A stretch of DNA of 64,000 nt from assembly GCA_964057225.1 (NCBI GenBank), contig OZ059898.1:17112001-17176000 (forward strand). Direction: 5' to 3'. This stretch comes from Auanema rhodensis (Eukaryota; Animalia; Nematoda). Shown piece after piece: positions 1 to 9,700 of this stretch; the stretch's first letter is position 1; each line of letters starts with the position of its first letter. The position numbers and the translations under genes were made by a program. The notes below the pieces were generated by a model. It saw only the letters and a list, made by a program, of their open reading frames with translations, was not told the origin of the DNA and searched no databases.

Positions 1-102
1 CGTTTCTCAATGTAGTATAGTGCATTCGATGCGGATTTTTAAACTGCGTCGATCTGTGTTATCAGATTTGCGCTAGCTTAAAAATGCACCGAGATATGAA
101 CT

Positions 103-124
103 GATATAAGTTCACACTTATATC
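103..124. repeat. Perfect 9-bp inverted repeat with 4-nt loop (monomer pos 103-124)
   Basis: GATATAAGT-tcac-ACTTATATC. Confidence 0.92.
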
Positions 125-227
125 CTCGATTTTCACCCTGAAGAATTATTTTTTTCGTTGAATAACATTGTCCATCGTCTTTGCCTTGAAAAAAGGAATC
201 TAAGAACATCTACTTTTTGCTAAATTA

Positions 228-260
228 TTTTGAAATTTTTCGAAAAAATTTTTGTCAAAA
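228..260. repeat. A/T-tract dyad centred on the 12-bp palindrome TTTTTCGAAAAA (pos 236-247)
   Basis: TTTTGA-AA-TTTTTCGAAAAA-ATTTTTG-TCAAAA. It overlaps a second palindrome, AAAAATTTTT (244-253). Confidence 0.8.
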
Positions 261-274
261 TGTTTTTGGAAGCA

Positions 275-302
275 ATGTTGAGTGTACATGGAAACTCAAC
301 AT
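275..302. repeat. 28-bp dyad with perfect 9-bp arms centred on CATG (monomer pos 275-302)
   Basis: ATGTTGAGT-gtaCATGgaa-ACTCAACAT. Only 2 of the 14 pairs are mismatched in the common allele. Confidence 0.92.
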
Positions 303-736
303 ACACTAATGCATCATTTTTCAAACGATCATAACTAATTTTTGTATTAAGCGTTTCTCAATGTAGTATAGTGCATTCGATGCGGATTTTCAAGCTGCGT
401 CGATCTGTGTTATCAGATTTGCGCTAGCTTAAAAATGCACCGAGATATCAACTGATATAAGTTCACACTTATACCCTCGATTTTCACCCTGAAGAAATAA
501 TTTTTTCGTTGAATAACACTGTCCATCGTCTTTGCCTTGAAAAAAGGAATCTAAAAACATCTACTTTTTGCTAAATTATTTTGAAGTTTTTCGAAAAAAT
601 TTTTGTCAAAATGTTTTTGGAAGCAATGTTGAGTGTACATGGAAACTCAACATACACTAATGCATCATTTTTCAAACGATCATAACTAATTTTTGTATTA
701 AGCGTTTCTCAATGTAGTATAGTGCATTCGATGCGG

Positions 737-787
737 ATTTTTAAGCTGCGTCGATCTGTGTTATCAGATTTGCGCTAGCTTAAAAAT
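737..787. repeat. 51-nt imperfect inverted repeat (monomer pos 35-85; shown in M3, present in every monomer with 0-2 extra mismatches)
   Basis: ATTTTTAAGCT-GCG-TCG-ATCTG-[tgttat]-CAGAT-TTG-CGC-T-AGCTTAAAAAT. It has a perfect 11-bp outer arm, a 3-bp middle segment and a 5-bp inner stem. Confidence 0.9.
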
Positions 788-3700
788 GCACCGAGATATG
801 AACTGATATAAGTTCACACTTATATCCTCGATTTTCACCCTGAAGAATTATTTTTTTCGTTGAATAACATTGTCCATCGTCTTTGCCTTGAAAAAAGAAA
901 TCTAAAAACATCTACTTTTTGCTAAATTATTCTGAAATTTTTCGAAAAAATTTTTGTCAAAATGTTTTTGGAAGCAATGTTGAGTGTACATGGAAACTCA
1001 ACATACACTAATGCATCATTTTTCAAACGATCATAACTAATTTTTGTATTAAGCGTTTCTCAATGTAGTATAGTGCAATCGATGCGGATTTTCAAGCTGC
1101 GTCGATCTGTGTTATCAGATTTTCGCTAGCTTAAAAATGCACCGAGATATCAACTGATATAAGTTTACACTTATATCCTCGATTTTCACCCTGAAGAATT
1201 AATTTTTTCGTTGAATAACATTGTCCATCGTCTTTGCCTTGAAAAAAGGAATCTAAAAACATCTACTTTTTGCTAAATTATTTTGAAGTTTTTCGAAAAA
1301 ATTTTTGTCAAAATGTTTTTGGAAGCAATGTTGAGTGTACATGGAAACTCAACATACACTAATGCATCATTTTTCAAACGATCATAACTAATTTTTGTAT
1401 TAAGCGTTTCTCAATGTAGTATAGTGCATTCGATGCGGATTTTTAAACTGCGTCGATCTGTGTTATCAGATTTGCGCTAGCTTAAAAATGCACCGAGATA
1501 TGAACTGATATTAAGTTCACACTTATATCCTCGATTTTCACCCTGAAGAATTATTTTTTTCGTTGAATAACATTGTCCATCGTCTTTGCCTTGAAAAAAG
1601 GAATCCAAAAACATCTACTTTTTGCTAAATTATTCTGAAATTTTTCGAAAAAATTTTTGTCAAAATGTTTTTGGAAGCAATGTTGAGTGTACATGGAAAC
1701 TCAACATACACTAATGCATCATTTTTCAAACGATCATAACTAATTTTTGTATTAAGCGTTTCTCAATGTAGTATAGTGCATTCGATGCCGATTTTCAAGC
1801 TGCGTCGATCTGTGTTATCAGATTTTCGCTAGCTTAAAAATGCACCGAGATATCAACTGATATAAGTTCACACTTATATCCTCGATTTTCACCCTGAAGA
1901 ATTAATTTTTTCGTTGAATAACATTGTCCATCGTCTTTGCCTTGAAAAAAGGAATCTAAAAACATCTATTTTTTGCTAAATTATTCTGAAGTTTTTCGAA
2001 AAAATTTTTGTCAAAATGTTTTTGGAAGCAATGTTGAGTGTACATGGAAACTCAACATACACTAATGCATCATTTTTCAAACGATCATAACTAATTTTTG
2101 TATTAAGCGTTTCTCAATGTAGTATAGTGCATTCGATGCGGATTTTTAAGCTGCGTCGATCTGTGTTATCAGATTTGCGCTAGCTTAAAAATGCACCGAG
2201 ATATCAACTGATATAAGTTCACACTTATATCCTCGATTTTCACCCTGAAGAAATAATTTTTTCGTTGAATAACATTGTCCATCGTCTTTGCCTTGAAAAA
2301 AGGAATCTAAAAACATCTACTTTTGCTAAATTATTTTGAAGTTTTTCGAAAAAATTTTGTCAAAATGTTTTTGGAAGCAATGTTGAGTGTACATGGAAAC
2401 TCAACATACACTAATGCATCATTTTTCAAACGATCATAACTAATTTTTGTATTAAGCGTTTCTCAATGTAGTATAGTGCATTCGATGCGGATTTTTAAAC
2501 TGCGTCGATCTGTGTTATCAGATTTGCGCTAGCTTAAAAATGCACCGAGATATCAACTGATATAAGTTCACACTTATATCCTCGATTTTCACCCTGAAGA
2601 ATTATTATTTTCGTTGAATAACATTGTCCATCGTCTTTGCCTTGAAAAAAGGAATCTAAAAACATCTACTTTTTGCTAAATTATTTTGAAGTTTTTCGAA
2701 AAAATTTTTGTCAAAATGTTTTTGGAAGCAATGTTGAGTGTACATGGAAACTCAACATACACTAATGCATTATTTTTCAAACGATCATAACTAATTTTTG
2801 TATTAAGCGTTTCTCAATGTAGTATAGTGCATTCGATGCGGATTTTTAAGCTGCGTCGATCTGTGTTATCAGATTTGCGCTAGCTTAAAAATGCACCGAG
2901 ATATCAACTGATATAAGTTCACACTTATATCCTCGATTTTCACCCTGAAGAAATAATTTTTTCGTTGAATAACATTGTCCATCGTCTTTGCCTTGAAAAA
3001 AGGAATCTAAAAACATCTACTTTTGCTAAATTATTTTGAAGTTTTTCGAAAAAATTTTGTCAAAATGTTTTTGGAAGCAATGTTGAGTGTACATGGAAAC
3101 TCAACATACACTAATGCATCATTTTTCAAACGATCATAACTAATTTTTGTATTAAGCGTTTCTCAATGTAGTATAGTGCATTCGATGCGGATTTTTAAAC
3201 TGCGTCGATCTATGTTATCAGATTTGCGCTAGCTTAAAAATGCACCGAGATATCAACTGATATAAGTTCACACTTATATCCTCGATTTTCACCCTGAAGA
3301 ATTATTATTTTCGTTGAATAACATTGTCCATCGTCTTTGCCTTGAAAAAAGGAATCTAAAAACATCTACTTTTTGCTAAATTATTTTGAAGTTTTTCGAA
3401 AAAATTTTTGTCAAAATGTTTTTGGAAGCAATGTTGAGTGTACATGGAAACTCAACATACACTAATGCATTATTTTTCAAACGATCATAACTAATTTTTG
3501 TATTAAGCGTTTCTCAATGTAGTATAGTGCATTCGATGCCGATTTTCAAGCTGCGTCGATCTGTGTTATCAGATTTTCGCTAGCTTAAAAATGCACCGAG
3601 ATATCAACTGATATAAGTTCACACTTATATCCTCGATTTTCACCCTGAAGAATTAATTTTTTCGTTGAATAACATTGTCCATCGTCTTTGCCTTGAAAAA

Positions 3701-6700
3701 AGGAATCTAAAAACATCTACTTTTTGCTAAATTATTCTGAAGTTTTTCGAAAAAATTTTTGTCAAAATGTTTTTGGAAGCAATGTTGAGTGTACATGGAA
3801 ACTCAACATACACTAATGCATCATTTTTCAAACGATCATAACTAATTTTTGTATTAAGCGTTTCTCAATGTAGTATAGTGCATTCGATGCGGATTTTTAA
3901 GCTGCGTCGATCTGTGTTATCAGATTTGCGCTAGCTTAAAAATGCACCGAGATATCAACTGATATAAGTTCACACTTATATCCTCGATTTTCACCCTGAA
4001 GAAATAATTTTTTCGTTGAATAACATTGTCCATCGTCTTTGCCTTGAAAAAAGGAATCTAAAAACATCTACTTTTGCTAAATTATTTTGAAGTTTTTCGA
4101 AAAAATTTTGTCAAAATGTTTTTGGAAGCAATGTTGAGTGTACATGGAAACTCAACATACACTAATGCATCATTTTTCAAACGATCATAACTAATTTTTG
4201 TATTAAGCGTTTCTCAATGTAGTATAGTGCATTCGATGCGGATTTTTAAACTGCGTCGATCTGTGTTATCAGATTTGCGCTAGCTTAAAAATGCACCGAG
4301 ATATCAACTGATATAAGTTCACACTTATATCCTCGATTTTCACCCTGAAGAAATAATTTTTTCGTTGAATAACATTGTCCATCGTCTTTGCCTTGAAAAA
4401 AGGAATCTAAAAACATCTACTTTTTGCTAAATTATTTTGAAGTTTTTCGAAAAAATTTTTGTCAAAATGTTTTTGGAAGCAATGTTGAGTGTACATGGAA
4501 ACTCAACATACACTAATGCATCATTTTTCAAACGATCATAACTAATTTTTGTATTAAGCGTTTCTCAATGTAGTATAGTGCATTCGATGCGGATTTTCAA
4601 GCTGCGTCGATCTGTGTTATCAGATTTGCGCTAGCTTAACAATGCACCGAGATATCAACTGATATAAGTTCACACTTATACCCTCGATTTTCACCCTGAA
4701 GAAATAATTTTTTCGTTTAATAACACTGTCCATCGTCTTTGCCTTGAAAAAAGGAATCTAAAAACATCTACTTTTTGCTAAATTATTTTGAAGTTTTTCG
4801 AAAAAATTTTTGTCAAAATGTTTTTGGAAGCAATGTTGAGTGTACATGGAAACTCAACATACACTAATGCATCATTTTTCAAACGATCATAACTAATTTT
4901 TGTATTAAGCGTTTCTCAATGTAGTATAGTGTATTCGATGCGGATTTTTAAGCTGCGTCGATCTGTGTTATCAGATTTGCGCTAGCTTAAAAATGCACCG
5001 AGATATGAACTGATATAAGTTCACACTTATATCCTCGATTTTCACCCTGAAGAATTATTTTTTTCGTTGAATAACATTGTCCATCGTCTTTGCCTTGAAA
5101 AAAGAAATCTAAAAACATCTACTTTTTGCTAAATTATTCTGAAATTTTTCGAAAAAATTTTTGTCAAAATGTTTTTGGAAGCAATGTTGAGTGTACATGG
5201 AAACTCAACATACACTAATGCATCATTTTTCAAACGATCATAACTAATTTTTGTATTAAGCGTTTCTCAATGTAGTATAGTGCATTCGATGCGGATTTTC
5301 AAGCTGCGTCGATCTGTGTTATCAGATTTTCGCTAGCTTAAAAATGCACCGAGATATCAACTGATATAAGTTCACACTTATATCCTCGATTTTCACCCTG
5401 AAGAATTAATTTTTTCGTTGAATAACATTGTCCATCGTCTTTGCCTTGAAAAAAGGAATCTAAAAACATCTACTTTTTGCTAAATTATTCTGAAATTTTT
5501 CGAAAAAATTTTTGTCAAAATGTTTTTGGAAGCAATGTTGAGTGTACATGGAAACTCAACATACACTAATGCATCATTTTTCAAACGATCATAACTAATT
5601 TTTGTATTAAGCGTTTCTCAATGTAGTATAGTGCATTCGATGCGGATTTTTAAACTGCGTCGATCTGTGTTATCAGATTTGCGCTAGCTTAAAAATGCAC
5701 CGAGATATCAACTGATATAAGTTCACACTTATATCCTCGATTTTCACCCTGAAGAATTAATTTTTTTGTTGAATAACATTGTCCATCGTCTTTGCCTTGA
5801 GAAAAGGAATTTGAAAACATCTACTTTTTGCTAAATTATTTTGAAATTTTTCGAAAAAATTTTTGTCAAAATGTTTTTGGAAGCAATGTTGAGTGTACAT
5901 GGAAACTCAACATACACTAATGCATCATTTTTCAAACGATCATAACAAATTTTTGTATTAAGCGTTTCTCAATGTAGTATAGTGCATTCGATGCGGATTT
6001 TTAAACTGCGTCGATCTGTGTTATCAGATTTGCGCTAGCTTAAAAATGCACCGAGATATCAACTGATATAAGTTCACACTTATATCCTCGATTTTCACCC
6101 TGAAGAATTAATTTTTTTGTTGAATAACATTGTCCATCGTCTTTGCCTTGAGAAAAGGAATTTGAAAACATCTACTTTTTGCTAAATTATTTTGAAATTT
6201 TTCGAAAAAATTTTTGTCAAAATGTTTTTGGAAGCAATGTTGAGTGTACATGGAAACTCAACATACACTAATGCATCATTTTTCAAACGATCATAACAAA
6301 TTTTTGTATTAAGCGTTTCTCAATGTAGTATAGTGCATTCGATGCGGATTTTTAAGCTGCGTCGATCTGTGTTATGAGATTTGTGCTAGCTTAAAAATGC
6401 ACCGAGATATCAACTGATATAAGTTCACACTTATATCCTCGATTTTCACCCTGAAGAATTAATTTTTTCGTTGAATAACATTGTCCATCGTCTTTGCTTT
6501 GAAAAAAGGAATCTAAAAACTTCTATTTTTTGCTAAATTATCTTGAAATTTTTCGAAAAAATTTTTGTCAAAATGTTTTTGGAAGCAATGTTGCGTGTAC
6601 ATGTAAACTCAACATACACTAATGCACCATTTTTCAAACAATCATAACTAATTTTTGTATTAAGCGTTTTTCAATGTAGTATAGTGCATTTGATGCGGAT

Positions 6701-9700
6701 TTTTAAGCTGCGTCGATCTGTGTTATGAGATTTGCGCTAGCTTAAAAATGCACCGAGATATCAACTGATATAAGTTCACACTTATATCCTCGATTTTCAC
6801 CCTGAAGAAATAATTTTTTCGTTGAAAAACATTGTCCATCGTCTTTGCCTTGAAAAACGGAATCTAAAAACATCTACTTTTTGCTAAATTATTCTGAAAT
6901 TTTTCGAAAAAATTTTTGTCAAAATGTTTTTGGAAGCAATGTTGAGTGTACATGGAAACTCAACATACACTAATGCATCATTTTTCAAACGATCATAACT
7001 AATTTTTGTATTAAGCGTTTCTCAATGTAGTATAGTGCATTCGATGCGGATTTTTAAGCTGCGTCGATCTGTGTTATCAGATTTGCGCTAGCTTAAAAAT
7101 GCACCGAGATATCAACTGATATAAGTTCACACTTATATCCTCGATTTTCACCCTGAAGAATTATTTTTTTCGTTGAATAACATTGTCCATCGTCTTTGCC
7201 TTGAAAAAAGGAATCTAAAAACATCTACTTTTTGCTAAATTATTCTGAAATTTTTCGAAAAAATTTTTGTCAAAATGTTTTTGGAAGCAATTTTGAGTGT
7301 ACATGGAAACTCAACATACACTAATGCATCATTTTTCAAACGATCATAACTAATTTTTGTATTAAGCGTTTCTCAATGTAGTATAGTGCATTTGATGCGG
7401 ATTTTTAAGCTGCGTCGATCTGTGTTATCAAATTTGCGCTAGCTTAAAAATGCACCGAGATATCAACTGGTATAAGTTCACACTTATATCCTCGATTTTC
7501 ACCCTGAAGAAATAATTTTTTCGTTGAATAACATTGTCCATCGTCTTTGCCTTGAAAAAAGGAATCTAAAAACATCTACTTTTTGCTAAATTATTCTGAA
7601 ATTTTTCGAAAAAATTTTTGTCAAAATGTTTTTGGAAGCAATGTTGAGTGTACATGGAAACTCAACATACACTAATGCATCATTTTTCAAACGATCATAA
7701 CTAATTTTTGTATTAAGCGTTTCTCAATGTAGTATAGTGCATTCGATGCGGATTTTTAAACTGCGTCGATCTGTGTTATCAGATTTGCGCTAGCTTAAAA
7801 ATGCACCGAGATATGAACTGATATAAGTTCACACTTATATCCTCGATTTTCACCCTGAAGAATTATTTTTTTCGTTGAATAACATTGTCCATCGTCTTTG
7901 CCTTGAAAAAAGGAATCTAAAAACTTCTATTTTTTGCTAAATTATTTTGAAATTTTTCGAAAAAATTTTTGTCAAAATGTTTTTGGAAGCAATGTTGAGT
8001 GTACATGTAAACTCAACATACACTAATGCACCATTTTTCAAACAATCATAACTAATTTTTGTATTAAGCGTTTTTCAATGTAGTATAGTGCATTTGATGC
8101 GGATTTTTAAGCTGCGTCGATCTGTGTTATCAAATTTGCGCTAGCTTAAAAATGCACCGAGATATCAACTGATATAAGTTCACACTTATATCCTCGATTT
8201 TCACCCTGAAGAAATAATTTTTTCGTTGAATAACATTGTCCATCGTCTTTGCCTTGAAAAACGGAATCTAAAAACATCTACTTTTTGCTAAATTATTCTG
8301 AAATTTTTCGAAAAAATTTTTGTCAAAATGTTTTTCGAAGCAATGTTGAGTGTACATGGAAACTCAACATACACTAATGCATCATTTTTCAAACGATCAT
8401 AACTAATTTTTGTATTAAGCGTTTCTCAATGTAGTATAGTGCATTTGATGCGGATTTTTAAGCTGCGTCGATCTGTGTTATCAAATTTGCGCTAGCTTAA
8501 AAATGCACCGAGATATCAACTGGTATAAGTTCACACTTATATCCTCGATTTTCACCCTGAAGAAATAATTTTTTCGTTGAATAACATTGTCCATCGTCTT
8601 TGCCTTGAAAAAAGGAATCTAAAAACATCTACTTTTTGCTAAATTATTCTGAAATTTTTCGAAAAAATTTTTGTCAAAATGTTTTTGGAAGCAATGTTGA
8701 GTGTACATGGAAACTCAACATACACTAATGCATCATTTTTCAAACGATCATAACTAATTTTTGTATTAAGCGTTTCTCAATGTAGTATAGTGCATTCGAT
8801 GCGGATTTTTAAACTGCGTCGATCTGTGTTATCAGATTTGCGCTAGCTTAAAAATGCACCGAGATATGAACTGATATAAGTTCACACTTATATCCTCGAT
8901 TTTCACCCTGAAGAATTATTTTTTTCGTTGAATAACATTGTCCATCGTCTTTGCCTTGAAAAAAGGAATCTAAAAACATCTACTTTTTGCTAAATTATTC
9001 TGAAATTTTTCGAAAAAATTTTTGTCAAAATGTTTTTGGAAGCAATGTTGAGTGTACATGGAAACTCAACATACACTAATGCATCATTTTTCAAACGATC
9101 ATAACTAATTTTTGTATTAAGCGTTTCTCAATGTAGTATAGTGCATTCGATGCGGATTTTTAAACTGCGTCGATCTGTGTTATCAGATTTGCGCTAGCTT
9201 AAAAATGCACCGAGATATCAACTGATATAAGTTCACACTTATATCCTCGATTTTCACCCTGAAGAATTATTTTTTTCGTTGAATAACATTGTCCATCGTC
9301 TTTGCCTTGAAAAAAGGAATCTAAAAACATCTACTTTTTGCTAAATTATTCTGAAATTTTTCGAAAAAATTTTTGTCAAAATGTTTTTGGAAGCAATTTT
9401 GAGTGTACATGGAAACTCAACATACACTAATGCATCATTTTTCAAACGATCATAACTAATTTTTGTATTAAGCGTTTCTCAATGTAGTATAGTGCATTTG
9501 ATGCGGATTTTTAAGCTGCGTCGATCTGTGTTATCAAATTTGCGCTAGCTTAAAAATGCACCGAGATATCAACTGGTATAAGTTCACACTTATATCCTCG
9601 ATTTTCACCCTGAAGAAATAATTTTTTCGTTGAATAACATTGTCCATCGTCTTTGCCTTGAAAAAAGGAATCTAAAAACATCTACTTTTTGCTAAATTAT

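Larger units (their letters stand above)
1..351. repeat. Representative satellite monomer (M1)
   Basis: 351 bp with 110 G+C (about 31% GC) and 12 CpG by hand count. It has many A/T tracts of 4-7 nt, clustered at pos 189-267. Confidence 0.97.

Noticed and set aside
52-76. Helitron 3' end (hairpin followed by CTAG)
   Set aside because: The hairpin is short and AT-rich, CTAG is followed by C and not T, and there is no other Helitron feature.
20-92. tRNA or tRNA-derived SINE (7-bp closing stem, ~70 nt, internal hairpins)
   Set aside because: There is no D-loop GG in the right place, no T-loop TTCRA near the 3' end, no 7-nt anticodon loop and no A/B boxes.
153-169. CENP-B box-like motif (TTCGTTGAATAACAT)
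   Set aside because: It matches only TTCG and the central A of the TTCGnnnnAnnCGGG core. The essential CGGG is missing.
138-235. Hammerhead ribozyme (CTGAAGA at 138-144 fits CUGANGA; GAAA at 188 and 232; hammerheads are known in some animal satellites)
   Set aside because: No stem II can be formed between the CUGANGA box and either GAAA, and I found no stem I/III around an NUH site. An Infernal or RNAmotif search on a dimer would settle it.
1-351. Repetitive protein-coding ORF (351 = 117 codons, so frame would be preserved across monomers)
   Set aside because: All six frames contain stops: + strand TAG at 13-15, 18-20 and 74-76; - strand stops from TCA at 7-9, TTA at 59-61 and TTA/TCA at 39-41.
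1-351. 5S rDNA, snRNA or spliced-leader tandem gene unit
   Set aside because: I recognised no 5S, U snRNA or SL sequence on either strand. An Rfam scan is needed to exclude this formally.
1-351. Assignment to a known ~350-360-bp satellite family (e.g. Drosophila 1.688 family, beetle ~350-bp satellites)
   Set aside because: Only length and AT-richness are similar. I see no sequence match that I can verify without a database search.
1-351. Monomer as an ancient dimer of ~175-bp subunits
   Set aside because: The halves share only trivial similarity (cgttt vs cgtct, and A/T tracts). This is not supportable by eye.
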